Sequence record: NZ_CP106961.1
Strand: one strand, 5' to 3'
Origin: a plasmid
Length of the DNA: 64,000 nt
In this document: piece by piece, positions 1-11,123 of the stretch
Layout: each line of letters begins with the position of its first letter
How positions within the stretch are numbered: position 1 is the stretch's first letter
Position numbers and translations under genes: made by a program
Notes under the pieces: generated by a model
Seen by the model: the letters and a program-made list of their open reading frames with translations, nothing else
Database searches by the model: none
What the model was told of the DNA's origin: nothing

Positions 1-684
1 GTCAGCATGGACATGTGGAACCCCTACCGGGCAGCGGTCAAGGCTGTGCTGCCCCAGGCCCGTATCGTGGTCGATAAGTTCCATGTGGTGCGCATGGCCA
101 ACGATGCCCTAGAGAGAGTGCGCAAGGGCCTCAGAAAGGAGCTGAAACCGTCCCAGAGCCGGACTCTCAAGGGAGACCGGAAAATCCTGCTGAAACGCGC
201 TCACGAAGTCTCAGACCGGGAGCGCCTCATCATGGAGACCTGGACAGGCGCGTTCCCGCAACTGCTGGCCGCCTACGAGCACAAGGAGCGCTTCTACGGC
301 ATCTGGGACGCCACCACACGGCTCCAGGCAGAAGCCGCCCTGGACGAGTGGATAGCCACCATCCCGAAGGGCCAAAAGGAAGTCTGGAGCGATCTGGTCA
401 GGGCAGTGGGAAACTGGCGCGAAGAGACCATGACCTACTTCGAGACGGACATGCCCGTCACCAACGCTTACACGGAGTCCATCAACCGACTGGCCAAGGA
501 CAAGAACCGTGAAGGGCGCGGTTACTCCTTCGAGGTGATGCGGGCACGAATGCTCTACACCACGAAGCACAAGAAGAAGGCACCGACTGCGAAGGTCTCT
601 CCTTTCTACAAGAAAACCATCGGTTACGGACTGCCGGACTTCGCAGAGGAACTCAACTACGGAGTCGATCTATCAACCATCTGA
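1..684 (+). CDS. ISL3-family transposase, C-terminal fragment (ORF runs off the window start)
   Basis: ORF 7..684 is in frame with position 1. The translation (FHVVRMANDALERVRKGL ... YTESINRLAKDKNREGRGY) resembles the C-terminal half of ISL3-family transposases. The segment is GC-rich relative to its flanks. Confidence 0.55.
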   Translation, partial: VSMDMWNPYRAAVKAVLPQARIVVDKFHVVRMANDALERVRKGLRKELKPSQSRTLKGDRKILLKRAHEVSDRERLIMETWTGAFPQLLAAYEHKERFYGIWDATTRLQAEAALDEWIATIPKGQKEVWSDLVRAVGNWREETMTYFETDMPVTNAYTESINRLAKDKNREGRGYSFEVMRARMLYTTKHKKKAPTAKVSPFYKKTIGYGLPDFAEELNYGVDLSTI

Positions 685-705
685 GGGTGGTATCAGATTG
701 ATGGG

Positions 706-3279
706 GTGAAGGTGCCCCATCAACCATTAAATCCGTATACCCACAATAAGAATGTCATTTTCCCCTCAGTTGATGTCATTGAGCGGACCCTGGCTGAAGC
801 AGCAACGCTTGCAGACAGGGCGGTTTTTTCTGCGCTTACCGCGCAGCTTGAACCAGGGCACAAAGCGGCACTGGACCGTCTGCTGAGATCTGAGGGTGAG
901 CAACCCTCACGGCTGGCCTGGCTGCTCCAGCCTCCGGGAAAAATTAATGGCAAAAATGTCCTGCAACATATCGACCGGTTAAATGCGATTGAGGCGCTGG
1001 CACTGCCTGACGGTATTGCGCTTTCCGTTCACCAGAACCGGCTCCTGAAACTGGCACGCGAAGGCAGGAAAATGAGTAGCCGGGACCTGGCAAAATTCAC
1101 GGATGTTCGCCGTTATGCCTCGCTGGTTTGTGTTATATCGGAAGCCAGGGCCACCCTGACTGACGAAGTTATTGATCTGCACGAGCGTATTCTGGGCAGT
1201 CTGTTCAGCAGGGCAAAACGCACGCAAGCCGAACGGCTTCAGCAAACGGGAAAGCTGATTCAGAGTAAGCTGAAGCAATACGTTACCATCGGGCAGGCAT
1301 TGCTTAACGCCAGAGAGTCTGGTGAAGATCCCTGGGCCGCAATAGAAGACGTCCTTCCCTGGCAGGAATTTATCAACAGCGTGGAAGAGACGCGCTTCCT
1401 GTCACGTAAGGACAACTTTGACCCGTTGCATCTGATCACAGAAAAATACAGTACGCTGCGTAAATACGCCCCCCGGATGCTGTCTGCGTTGCAGTTCAGG
1501 GCTGCACCCGCCGCATTGCAGCTCAGTGACGCGCTGGACACCGTCAGAGAGATGTATCGAAAACAACTCCGAAAAGTACCGCCTTCCGCGCCAACCGGGT
1601 TCATCCCGCAAAGCTGGAGAAAGGCTGTGATCACTCCCACCGGCATTGATCGAAAATATTACGAATTTTGCGTGCTGAATGAGCTGAAGGGAGCCTTACG
1701 TTCTGGTGACATCTGGGTAAAGGGATCACGCCGCTACCGGAATTTCGATGATTATCTGATCCCGTCTGACGATTTTGAAAAATCACTCCGTGATAATCAG
1801 CTATCCCTTGCCATTCCGACCGATTGCCATGAGTACATCAAGAACCGTATGACACTTCTGGCATCGCGCCTGGAGGAAGTGAATGCGATGGCGCTGGTCG
1901 GTGATTTACCTGATGTTGATATATCGGATAAAGGCGTGAAAATAACCCCGCTGGATAATAGTGTCCCTTCAGCAGCATCCCCTTTTGCCGATTTGGTTTA
2001 TGGCATGCTGCCTCACCCTAAAATTACTGAAATTCTGGATGAAGTGGACGGCTGGACCGGTTTTACCCGCCATTTCACGCATCTTAAAAATAAACACGTC
2101 AGACCAAAAGACAGAAAGTTGTTACTGACCACCATCCTGGCCGATGGCATCAATCTGGGGCTGACGAAAATGGCCGAATCCTGTCCGGGAGTGACAAAAT
2201 CGTCACTGGAGGGCATTCAGGCCTGGTACATCAGGGATGAAACATATTCAGCCGCGCTGGCTGAGCTGGTTAATACTCAGAAACAGCGGCATCTGGCTGC
2301 ATTTTGGGGCGATGGTACAACGTCTTCGTCTGACGGGCAGAACTTTCGGGTGGGGAGTCACGGGCGTTATGCGGGTCAGGTCAATCTGAAATACGGGCAG
2401 GAACCAGGCGTGCAGATTTACACGCATATCTCGGATCAATACAGCCCATTTTACACCAAAGTGATCAGTCGCGTGCGCGACTCCACCCACGTACTTGACG
2501 GTCTGCTATACCACGAAAGTGATCTGGAAATTACAGAGCATTACACTGATACCGCTGGTTTTACGGAGCATGTTTTCGCGCTGATGCATCTGCTCGGATT
2601 CGCTTTTGCCCCAAGGATCCGGGATCTTCACGACAAGCGGCTTTTTATTAAGGGAAAGGCTGAGCGTTATCCGGGACTTCAATCTGTGATAGCCACAACA
2701 CCACTGAATCTTAAAGACATTGAGACGCACTGGAATGAGGTACTTCGCCTCGCAAGCTCGATAAAACAGGGGACTGTTACCGCATCGCTCATGATGAAAA
2801 AACTGGCCAGTTATCCTAAACAAAATGGCCTTGCAAAGGCATTGAGGGAAATCGGACGCATCGAACGGGCACTGTTTATGCTGGACTGGTTTCGCGATCC
2901 ATCACTGCGCCGACGCGTACAGGCTGGGCTGAATAAAGGTGAGGCCCGCAATGCGCTTGCACGAGCGGTCTTTATGCACCGGTTGGGTGAGATCAGAGAT
3001 CGGGGGCTGGAGAATCAGAGCTACCGGGCCAGTGGTCTGACATTGCTGACTGCGGCGATCTCCCTGTGGAATACGGTATATATAGAAAGAGCCATAGATT
3101 CCCTGAGACGAAAAGGGATCCCAATTAATGAGCAACTGATTTCTCATTTGTCCCCTCTGGGATGGGAGCACATCAATCTGAGTGGGGATTACGTCTGGCG
3201 GACAAACCTTAAGCTGGGGCAGGGTAAATACAGTTCATTACGCTCAGTGGATAGTGGTCTGTACAAAAAACAGGCTTAG
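706..3279 (+). pseudogene. tnpA: Tn3-family transposase TnpA, 5-prime truncated (857 aa remain of about 990), probably by the adjacent ISL3 element
   Basis: Long ORF whose C-terminal region has Tn3-family TnpA character. It ends inside a Tn3-type 38-bp terminal inverted repeat. The canonical N-terminus is missing and the ORF starts 22 bp after the ISL3 transposase stop. Confidence 0.7.
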
Positions 3280-3312
3280 CGTAGGATATTTTCCGTTTTC
3301 CAAGCGGACCCC
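3275..3312. repeat. Tn3-family 38-bp terminal inverted repeat (right end, GGGGTCCGCTTGGAAAACGGAAAATATCCTACGCTAAG on the minus strand)
   Basis: The sequence cttagcgtaggatattttccgttttccaagcggacccc overlaps the tnpA stop. Near-identical sequences occur at 44150-44215 and 59350-59387. Confidence 0.65.
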
Positions 3313-4342
3313 TATCTCTACGTTGCCGGTTTCATGTCTGGCGTGAGAAGCTTGCATAGCAAGCTTCTCTGATCCGCGTCCTCATTTATAGACTGCTGCC
3401 TATAAAACTGCGCTAGTGTTTTTCGTCATAGTAACAAACGAATTAATACAACCAGATTCGCACTTCCTTTACGTTTTTTAGCTCAATGAAGCCCACCGCG
3501 AGCACTTCCAATGGTCAATAAAAATTGGTCACTCCTTGAGGCTTTTTCGTAAAATAGCTCTGATTGCTTCGGCGGCAACCTGTTCGACGTCTGATTCGGA
3601 CGCACAGAATGAAATGCCGAGCCGGATTTTCTTACCCAGCACGAAAAAATTGTCAGCAAAGAAGTACTATGTGGCCTGGGAACATAAGACATGTGCTGTA
3701 CATCAACAACTTATCATTCATCATGTCAGAGCAGTCGGCAGTCGTGATCAGATGCTTGGTGCAAGTGGTGATTTATAACAGCCAAATTGTCGTCTCGGAT
3801 ATTACCTACGCTGAGATGCGCTTTAGGACAGGCCTCAGTATGTCAGGATCAGCTCGCGTGCTTCGATGCCGTCATTTACAAAAATCACCCTTATACTAGC
3901 GAAATGAAGGCAGTGCTGGCCGCAGCCAGGATGTCGATTGGATCGAACGACTCTGCCCTATCGGACGTACCGCATGCAAATTCTGTAGTTTTTGTTGACT
4001 AAGGATTATGAGTTTAACTTGCAAGTTAGACGGACACTTTTCTTTTTGGTTAAAGCCATCCTCAGGGTGAGCAATGTCCTTTTAGTCCTAATGCATTGAT
4101 ATTTATTATTAATTTACCCTTACATCCAAGTCGGATAGACATATTTTTTGTCTGATCTGCAGGCATCTGTAAAAAAACTCTTAACTTGGACGGACAAATT
4201 ACTTATAGAGCAATTCAAAACCGCCGCAGAAAGTGCCCCCTAGCATTTATTACGTAATTGATTCTAAATCTAAATGAGTCTGCGGGTTTATCACCAGAAG
4301 TTTGACCATTACAATAGAATAAATGTCAAACTGAGGTAACTT

Positions 4343-4445
4343 ATGAACAAACATACCACAACAGAACTAGAGCTGAGCGCAAAAGTGACGCTGGCAGATT
4401 TTCAACTAAGTCTTCTGAAAAGGATTAATAACATCGCGGTCTCAC
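4343..4445 (+). pseudogene. 5-prime part (34 codons) of an unknown gene interrupted by IS3-family insertion. It is continuous in frame with 5680..6216 once the IS and one CAC copy are removed.
   Basis: ATG at 4343 with a GAGG ribosome-binding site. The reading frame continues across the IS boundary into ORF 5680..6216 when 4446..5677 is excised. Confidence 0.6.
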
Positions 4446-4508
4446 TGAATCGCCACGGGTTTAACAGACACCTCAGAGTCATTTAAGATGGCTTAAAGAG
4501 AGGTGCCC

Positions 4509-4787
4509 ATGAGCGGTAAGCGTTATCCCGAAGAGTTTAAAACTGAAGCAGTCAAACAGGTTGTTGATCGCGGTTATTCTGTTTCCAGCGTTGCAACACG
4601 TCTCGATATCACCACCCACAGCCTTTATGCCTGGATAAAGAAGTACGGTCCGGATTCTTCCACTAATAAAGAACAGTCAGATGCTCAGGCCGAGATCCGC
4701 CGTCTCCAGAAAGAGCTGAAACGGGTTACCGACGAACGGGACATATTAAAAAAAGCCGCGGCGTACTTCGCAAAGCTGTCCGACTGA
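4509..4787 (+). CDS. IS3-family transposase OrfA (HTH)
   Basis: Translation MSGKRYPEEFKTEAVKQVV...ILKKAAAYFAK is typical of IS3-family OrfA. A ribosome-binding site (AGAGAGG) lies upstream. Confidence 0.85.
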   Translation: MSGKRYPEEFKTEAVKQVVDRGYSVSSVATRLDITTHSLYAWIKKYGPDSSTNKEQSDAQAEIRRLQKELKRVTDERDILKKAAAYFAKLSD

Positions 4788-4843
4788 GGTACGTCTTTAT
4801 CCGTGACAACTCCTGTTGCTGGCCTGTTCGCCTGCTCTGTCGG

Positions 4844-5656
4844 GTGCTGGATGTTCATCCCAGTGGTTTTTACGCCTGGCTTCAGCAGCCGCATTCACAA
4901 CGCCATCAGGCAGACCTGAGACTGACAGGACAGATTAAACAGTTCTGGCTGGAATCGGGATGCGTCTATGGTTATCGCAAAATCCATCTGGATCTGCGTG
5001 ACAGCGGGCAACAGTGCGGAGTAAACAGAGTCTGGAGACTGATGAAACGTGTCGGAATAAAGGCTCAGGTCGGATACCGAAGCCCGCGGGCACGTAAAGG
5101 CGAGGCCAGTATCGTGTCACCCAACAGGCTCCAGCGACAGTTCAATCCGGATGCTCCTGATGAGCGTTGGGTAACGGACATAACCTACATCAGGACCCAC
5201 GAAGGCTGGCTGTATCTTGCCGTTGTTGTTGATCTGTTCTCACGCAAAATTATCGGCTGGTCCATGCAATCCCGAATGACAAAGGACATTGTCCTGAACG
5301 CACTGCTGATGGCTGTATGGCGGCGTAATCCCGAAAAACAGGTGCTGGTTCATTCGGATCAGGGCAGTCAGTACACAAGCCATGAGTGGCAGTCGTTCCT
5401 GAAATCACACGGCCTGGAGGGTAGCATGAGCCGTCGCGGTAACTGCCATGATAATGCGGTTGCAGAAAGTTTTTTCCAGTTGTTGAAACGTGAACGGATA
5501 AAGAAAAAGATCTACGGAACGCGGGAAGAAGCCCGCAGTGATATTTTTGATTACATCGAAATGTTTTATAACAGTAAGCGTCGGCATGGTTCTAGCGAAC
5601 AGATGTCACCGACAGAATATGAAAACCAGTATTATCAACGGCTCGGAAGTGTCTAG
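4844..5656 (+). CDS. IS3-family transposase OrfB (DDE integrase core). It is expressed as an OrfAB fusion by a -1 frameshift.
   Basis: Translation contains rve-domain motifs (HSDQGSQYTS, CHDNAVAESFF). Confidence 0.85.
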   Translation: MLDVHPSGFYAWLQQPHSQRHQADLRLTGQIKQFWLESGCVYGYRKIHLDLRDSGQQCGVNRVWRLMKRVGIKAQVGYRSPRARKGEASIVSPNRLQRQFNPDAPDERWVTDITYIRTHEGWLYLAVVVDLFSRKIIGWSMQSRMTKDIVLNALLMAVWRRNPEKQVLVHSDQGSQYTSHEWQSFLKSHGLEGSMSRRGNCHDNAVAESFFQLLKRERIKKKIYGTREEARSDIFDYIEMFYNSKRRHGSSEQMSPTEYENQYYQRLGSV

Positions 5657-5679
5657 ATTATCCGTGGCGATTCACACTG

Positions 5680-6216
5680 ATGCCTGAGTTTGAAGATAAA
5701 AACCAGGCATTGGACGCAATCACGCTGGATGATGGTTCACTGATGCAACTGCTCTGCTCCATTCAGATGGAACAAAAGACGCGTGCTTCAGAACAAGAGA
5801 TGCGTAAAGTACGCCGTCGCCGCGAAAATCTGGAGGCTTTTTACAAGAGCCTCCAGGAGCTTGGCGGCACCCTTAAGGTTAACGACGTGGCCGATAAGCT
5901 GGGCATCACCCGCCAGGCAGTAAATGTCCGGGTGAAAAAGAATCAGCTCATTGCGTTTAAACAAAACGCCGATTATATCTTCCCGGCCTTCCAGTTCACC
6001 GATAAAGGCCTGGTGCCCGGGTTTAAAGAAGTCATGAGCGCGTTTGATGAAGACACGCATCCAATGCTGCGTCTCGGTGTGCTGAAAGCGCCGATTCAAC
6101 TCAGTGAAGACGTGACAAAAACGCCGATTCAGATCATGCAGGATGGCGCAAAGCCCGACGAACTGGAGCTCGCAATACGTTCTGCGAGATTGTGCGGCAA
6201 GCATACTGCCCACTAA
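5680..6216 (+). pseudogene. 3-prime part of the IS-interrupted unknown gene. It encodes a putative HTH-containing protein.
   Basis: ORF begins 3 nt after the IS end. It carries an HTH-like segment LGITRQAVNVRVKKNQL. The reconstructed full protein is about 213 aa. Confidence 0.55.
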
Positions 6217-6547
6217 CCTGTAATGTGGGGGAATGCTCAAAATATTAGAGCATTCTCAGTGAATGATAGCCAAAATACCTTTGAAGTATACCTTTAACAC
6301 TGCATGTAACCTTGCCGAATATTAGTAACAGCCTGCCCGGAAACAACAGGAATACGATGCGATTTTACAAGCAGCCTTCTATGAGGGAAACAGTAGTAGA
6401 TGAACTGTAATTTATAATTATTGGACTGATACTTAGCATGTGTCTCAAGTTAACAAGGGCGTTCATAATGATTAGCAATGAGGCAGATAATGATATGCAG
6501 AAGGAAGTTCAGATTATGCTCTAGTACCCATTCACTAATGGCTTTCC

Positions 6548-6800
6548 ATCCATCAATTACGGTCCACAGTCCATCTTTGATGGCTTTCTATTCATCAATT
6601 ACGGCCCACAGTCCATCTTTGATGATTTTCTACTCATCAATTACGGCCCACAGTCCATCTTTGATGGCTTTCTACACTTCAATCACAGTCCACAGTCCAT
6701 CTTTGGTGGCTTTCTACTCATCAATTACGGTCCACAGTCCATCTTTGGTGGCTTTCCTAATCATTAACCACGGTTCACAATCCATATTTGATAATGTTAT
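6548..6800. repeat. Six tandem direct repeats of about 42 bp (TCATCAATTACGGYCCACAGTCCATCTTTGATGRYTTTCTAC). Each contains a 7-bp inverted repeat (TCATCAA/TTGATGA). This is a sopC-like centromere or iteron-like array.
   Basis: Read directly from the sequence. The six units are degenerate at their edges. ORF 6478..6867 is an artefact of translating this array. Confidence 0.7.
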
Positions 6801-7706
6801 AAACCGTAAAGGAACTTCACGAATTTACGACAGAAATATTTATGGAGATCCACTTTACATCATTTAACCGATGGAGTTTTTAGACGCTATGTTAAACATC
6901 CAAGTAATTGTGGAAAACCGGCTCGCTAATAAAGTCTTTCTTATATCAAATCAAAGCAGAAGTGACACCTTTACTGCGGAAAAGAGTTCTACTGCTTTGT
7001 CTTAGAGTATCCGTTTCCCTCCTAGCTATAAACTTCTTGGCATTCTCTTTTACCAACGAAAATCGCGAAGACAATCATCTACTCGTCTATGCCTGATAGG
7101 CAAAATGATAACCTGAAAACCTGAACTTTATCTTGTAACAGTCAGGTACGCCACGAAGTTACTTCGCTTAAATTCGGGATGACTCAAGCACTTTAGCCAG
7201 TATCTTTTTTAACTGTTCACGTACTGTTGAGCCTAGCTTCGCCATTCCTTTAGTGCCCTCTCATCGTAATCAAAAAATACGCCATCAGAGTTCATCCAAA
7301 ATTACACGCACAGGCTTAGGATTGCGAACACGCTCTTTCACTATCTCACGAACTCAGCATCTTCATCACTCGAAAGTGTTTTTTTGAACGGCAAGCGTTT
7401 ATTGTCAACGATATGTTCAAGCATGAGAAGAAGCGCTCAATACCATTAGGTCTTAAATTTCACCTCTACCGTTTTCTCACCTATAAGCTCGTCTACCAAA
7501 CGTACCATCTCTCCATTTTTCCTTTCCTTCAGCATTATAACCTGACAGCAAAAGTTATTCAGTGAATGTTATATACATGATTTTTTCTGTCATTTTCTCC
7601 GCTGTTCTGCCATCATCATATATCGCCGAGGCGGCTTCATCACAACCGCGATAAGACTCCACAACGTCTAACATAGCATCTTTTTGTTGGAGCCTTATTA
7701 GTCATA

Positions 7707-8192
7707 TCAGACATCCTCACTCTTAATATTTTTCAACTTCCTGATCTTTCTTGACAGTTCAATATTGTATTTATGGAAATACTCAAGCGATTCTCTATAA
7801 AGGCAGAACTTACTTTCATACTCAAAAATTAAGCGCCATTCCCACTCAGTACATTTTGGAAAACAATTTATCGAATACATTCCCGCTTTCAATGGTTTCA
7901 CACGAATTGCGCGATGCATAGCCGGGACACCTTTTAGACGCGATGCGTAATCATCCCAGTTAATAGTTAATTTCTTTGCACTACCAATATGTCCAAGTCT
8001 TGGCGCATAGCGACCAAGTTTTTCTGAATCTTGTTTTTGTACATTACTAGTTGAAATAATCTCTTTGTTACGTGTTTTCCAGATAGTCCAGTAATTATCG
8101 ATCTCATTTTTAGCTTCAGCAGCAACGCTATCAATGCTTCTGATGTTCTGCGCCCGATGTGCTTCGTACAACTTGATTAGCAAATCTTTCAT
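7707..8192 (-). CDS. Hypothetical protein (162 aa) in an AT-rich region, function unknown
   Basis: ORF with a strong ribosome-binding site (GGAGGAG) 7 nt upstream of the ATG at 8190-8192. It has no recognisable family motifs and lies between two repeat arrays. Confidence 0.5.
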   Translation of the reverse strand: MKDLLIKLYEAHRAQNIRSIDSVAAEAKNEIDNYWTIWKTRNKEIISTSNVQKQDSEKLGRYAPRLGHIGSAKKLTINWDDYASRLKGVPAMHRAIRVKPLKAGMYSINCFPKCTEWEWRLIFEYESKFCLYRESLEYFHKYNIELSRKIRKLKNIKSEDV

Positions 8193-8447
8193 GCACTCCT
8201 CCTGTATCTCAATACTATACATGAAATATGCCGACTTCCACATCGGATAGAAGAGGATTTTGGACTACACCCAGACGAGTTTGTATGAATGTTCAAAATA
8301 GTTATGACGAGTTTTGGCTCAGCGCCGATACCACTTAGGTCGTGATAGGGATTAAGATTGTTAGGTGTACGAATGGTACCATTAATAAAGTTACTTTTTT
8401 AAGTACCCAGCATAACTTCAAAAGTTTGATTAATACTTGTAACACTT

Positions 8448-8640
8448 TTCCTAGAAAAGTTAAACATAGTCATTTCATCCATGTTTAACTTTTCTAGGAA
8501 AAGTTAAACATGAGCAATTCATGTATGTTTAACTTTTTGGGTAAAAGTTAAACATATCGCAACCTTTTATGTGGGCCTTTTACAGAAAAAGTCAAACATG
8601 GTGCGTGTAAATTATGTTTTTCTTTTATCCAAAAAGTTGC
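8448..8640. repeat. Array of 4-5 palindromic sites. Each has 13-bp arms (AAAAGTTAAACAT / ATGTTTAACTTTT) around a 13-14 bp spacer. This is a putative protein-binding array (partition, iteron or operator).
   Basis: A perfect inverted repeat cctagaaaagttaaacat...atgtttaacttttctagg is followed by progressively degenerate copies. Confidence 0.7.
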
Positions 8641-9888
8641 ACATAAGCAGCAAGCTAAATCCAATCTGTTGTTAAATTAAGACAGCCTTATGTAAAAAAG
8701 TGTTATATGCATTAAAGTTAGTATTGACCTACGGATCTAACTAATTCATTAACAGTGTTAGAGGACAGGGACTACAGAAAAGTCGATTGAAATATTAATT
8801 TTTGCAGTTTTCTATTATAGTTTTCATTTAATAAAATTTAAAATTCCTTATATAGGTAAGGTTAGAAAGAGGACGCGTATAAGATGCATTTTCATTCACA
8901 ACAGATTTTATTTAAGATGTTCAGTTGTTTTATGATGAAATGTCAATGAATCAGTATTTTCAACCTTCCAGAAACCATGCCTTTGCGAGATTAAGTTAAT
9001 TAGAATTCCAATGATAAAACTTTCTTTTTAGCCTGATAATATTATAGCCATACAAAAACCCTCTCTCGCTCAAACACACACCAAGCATTTTTCTTGCACA
9101 TTGCATAACAAAAAAATATATTGGTTCAAAGAAATTTTTCAAGTGCTGATTTGTGATCATAAGATATTTTCTCTGATGAAAATATCTTTACCAGATTCAC
9201 GTAATATGGAGGTGATGAAATGTAACTGTTCAATTGTCGGCTTGATGATTGTCAGACACAAAATGGTGTTGTCTCGTTAGTAAACGCTTGGCATCCAAAT
9301 TTATTATTTTTGAGAATAGGTTATTACTTCCCTCCCCCCCCCCCGAATTTATCTGCTTATTTCAAGAAAGTACAACACAATATTATTATGTGCACCCACG
9401 AGTTTGAAATATCTTCTTTGGAGACAATTGAAACTTACGCGTTATTACCTCGCATAGTATATCTATAGTGGATAAAACCCTACGAAACAGGTATGCCTTC
9501 CATAAAATTTCCGCTTGAGGATATGAAATATTAGCTGATCTAACCTTAGATAGCGTGTGGGTAAAAAAATGAACCGCTTTGTTATGTCCTTAAGTTTGCA
9601 AGCCATCGGCAGGATTTTATTACTAGGTTGAGCGTCTTCATTTACGCGACTGAGGAATGAGGATAGAAAATGAAACTTAGTGAGGGTGCGAGTGTATTGT
9701 TACGAGCGCAACTGTCAACCTAGATACAAGTAGCAAGCAGAAAGATGAAAAGGACTCCTAATAGTAAATATATAATTTGTGTAAGTATCCTACTTAATCT
9801 AACCAGTTACAGTTAGATATTTCCTGATGTAGCCCCCTGAAACACCAGACAGTAGCTGTATCTCCAGATAAGAGATAGGCTTGAATAT

Positions 9889-10284
9889 ATGTCTAACGCT
9901 AACGCCAATTTTGAGATGACCGGGATCCTGTTAGGGCAAGAAGTCCGTAAACGTAAAACTCCTCAGGAGAAGATCGCCATTATCCAGCAGACGATGGAGC
10001 CGGGCATGAATGTCTCCCATGTCGCCCGCCTGCATGGCATCCAGCCCAGCCTGCTGTTTAAGTGGAAGAAGCAATATCAGGAAGGCAGCCTCACCGCCGT
10101 TGCGGCCGGGGAAGAAGTTGTTCCAGCTTCTGAGCTTACTGCTGCTCTGAAGCAGGTCCGGGAGCTTCAGCGCCTGCTGGGCAAGAAGACGATGGAAGTT
10201 GAGATCCTGAAAGAAGCCGTGGAGTACGCTCAGTCGCGAAAATGGATAGCGCACGCGCCCTTGTTGCCAAAGGACGGGGAATAG
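9889..10284 (+). CDS. insC: IS2-like transposase OrfA (InsC-like)
   Basis: Translation contains [48 protein letters not shown] and [20 protein letters not shown], both close to IS2 InsC. Confidence 0.85.
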   Translation: MSNANANFEMTGILLGQEVRKRKTPQEKIAIIQQTMEPGMNVSHVARLHGIQPSLLFKWKKQYQEGSLTAVAAGEEVVPASELTAALKQVRELQRLLGKKTMEVEILKEAVEYAQSRKWIAHAPLLPKDGE

Positions 10285-11123
10285 CCCTGGTCAGCCGCAC
10301 CATGGGCGTGTCGCGTGCGCAGCTGTCACTGCGAATTAACCGTTCTGCCGACTGGCAGGACAGGCGCTGTAACCGGCGTGATGACGAAGCAGACGCTGAA
10401 ATACTGTCAGAGATCCTCGATATCATCAGCGATATGCCCAGTTACGGCTATCGCTGTGTGTGGGGCATCCTGCGTACGCAACGTCGTACAGAGGGACTGC
10501 CCCCCGTGAACGCCAAACGGCTTTACCGGCTTATGAGCGAGCATAATCTGCTGTTACTGCATGACAAACCAGAGCGGTCGAAGCGTGAACATAAGGGCAA
10601 AATCGCGGTGGCAGAAAGCGATATGCGCTGGTGTTCAGATGGCTTCGAGTTCGGCTGCGACAACGGTGAGAAGCTGCGGGTCACGTTCGCGCTGGACTGC
10701 TGCGACAGAGAAGCCATAGACTGGGCAGCGAGCACAGGAGGCTACGACAGTTCGACGGTGCAGGATGTGATGCTGAGGTCGGTGGAAAAGCGCTTCGGCG
10801 ACGGGCTGCCGACCACACCGGTTCAATGGCTGACGGATAACGGTTCAGCATATACCGCGCATGAAACGCGGAGGTTCGCCAGAGAGCTGAATCTGGAGCC
10901 GTGTACAACAGCGGTGAGCAGCCCGCAGAGCAATGGCATGGCCGAACGGTTCGTGAAGACGATGAAGGAAGACTATATCGCGTTCATGGCAAAACCAGAT
11001 GTGAGAACAGCCCTGCGAAACCTTGCAGCAGCGTTCACACATTACAATGAAAACCACCCGCACAGCGCGCTGGGATATCACTCCCCGAGGGAATATCGGC
11101 GGCAGCGGACATCGTTAACTTAA
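10242..11123 (+). CDS. insD: IS2-like transposase OrfB (InsD-like, DDE). It overlaps OrfA in the -1 frame.
   Basis: rve-domain motifs are present. The overlap with OrfA is typical of IS3-family programmed frameshifting. Confidence 0.8.
   Translation: MDSARALVAKGRGIALVSRTMGVSRAQLSLRINRSADWQDRRCNRRDDEADAEILSEILDIISDMPSYGYRCVWGILRTQRRTEGLPPVNAKRLYRLMSEHNLLLLHDKPERSKREHKGKIAVAESDMRWCSDGFEFGCDNGEKLRVTFALDCCDREAIDWAASTGGYDSSTVQDVMLRSVEKRFGDGLPTTPVQWLTDNGSAYTAHETRRFARELNLEPCTTAVSSPQSNGMAERFVKTMKEDYIAFMAKPDVRTALRNLAAAFTHYNENHPHSALGYHSPREYRRQRTSLT

Larger units (their letters stand above)
4446..5674 (+). mobile_element. IS3-family insertion sequence, copy 1 (1229 bp), flanked by a 3-bp target-site duplication CAC (4443-4445 and 5675-5677)
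   Basis: Terminal inverted repeats: TGAATCGCCACGG at the left end and CCGTGGCGATTCA at the right end. An orfA/orfB pair with an A6G slippery motif lies at 4746-4753. Identical CAC triplets flank both ends. Confidence 0.85.

Noticed and set aside
5788-6240. 150-aa ORF antisense to the interrupted HTH gene
   Set aside because: It overlaps the better-supported plus-strand ORF entirely and has no ribosome-binding site.
6478-6867. 129-aa ORF with the repeating peptide SPSLMAFYSSITAHSP
   Set aside because: It is the translation of the 42-bp tandem DNA repeats, with no ribosome-binding site and periodicity equal to the DNA repeat. It is best explained as a non-coding repeat array.
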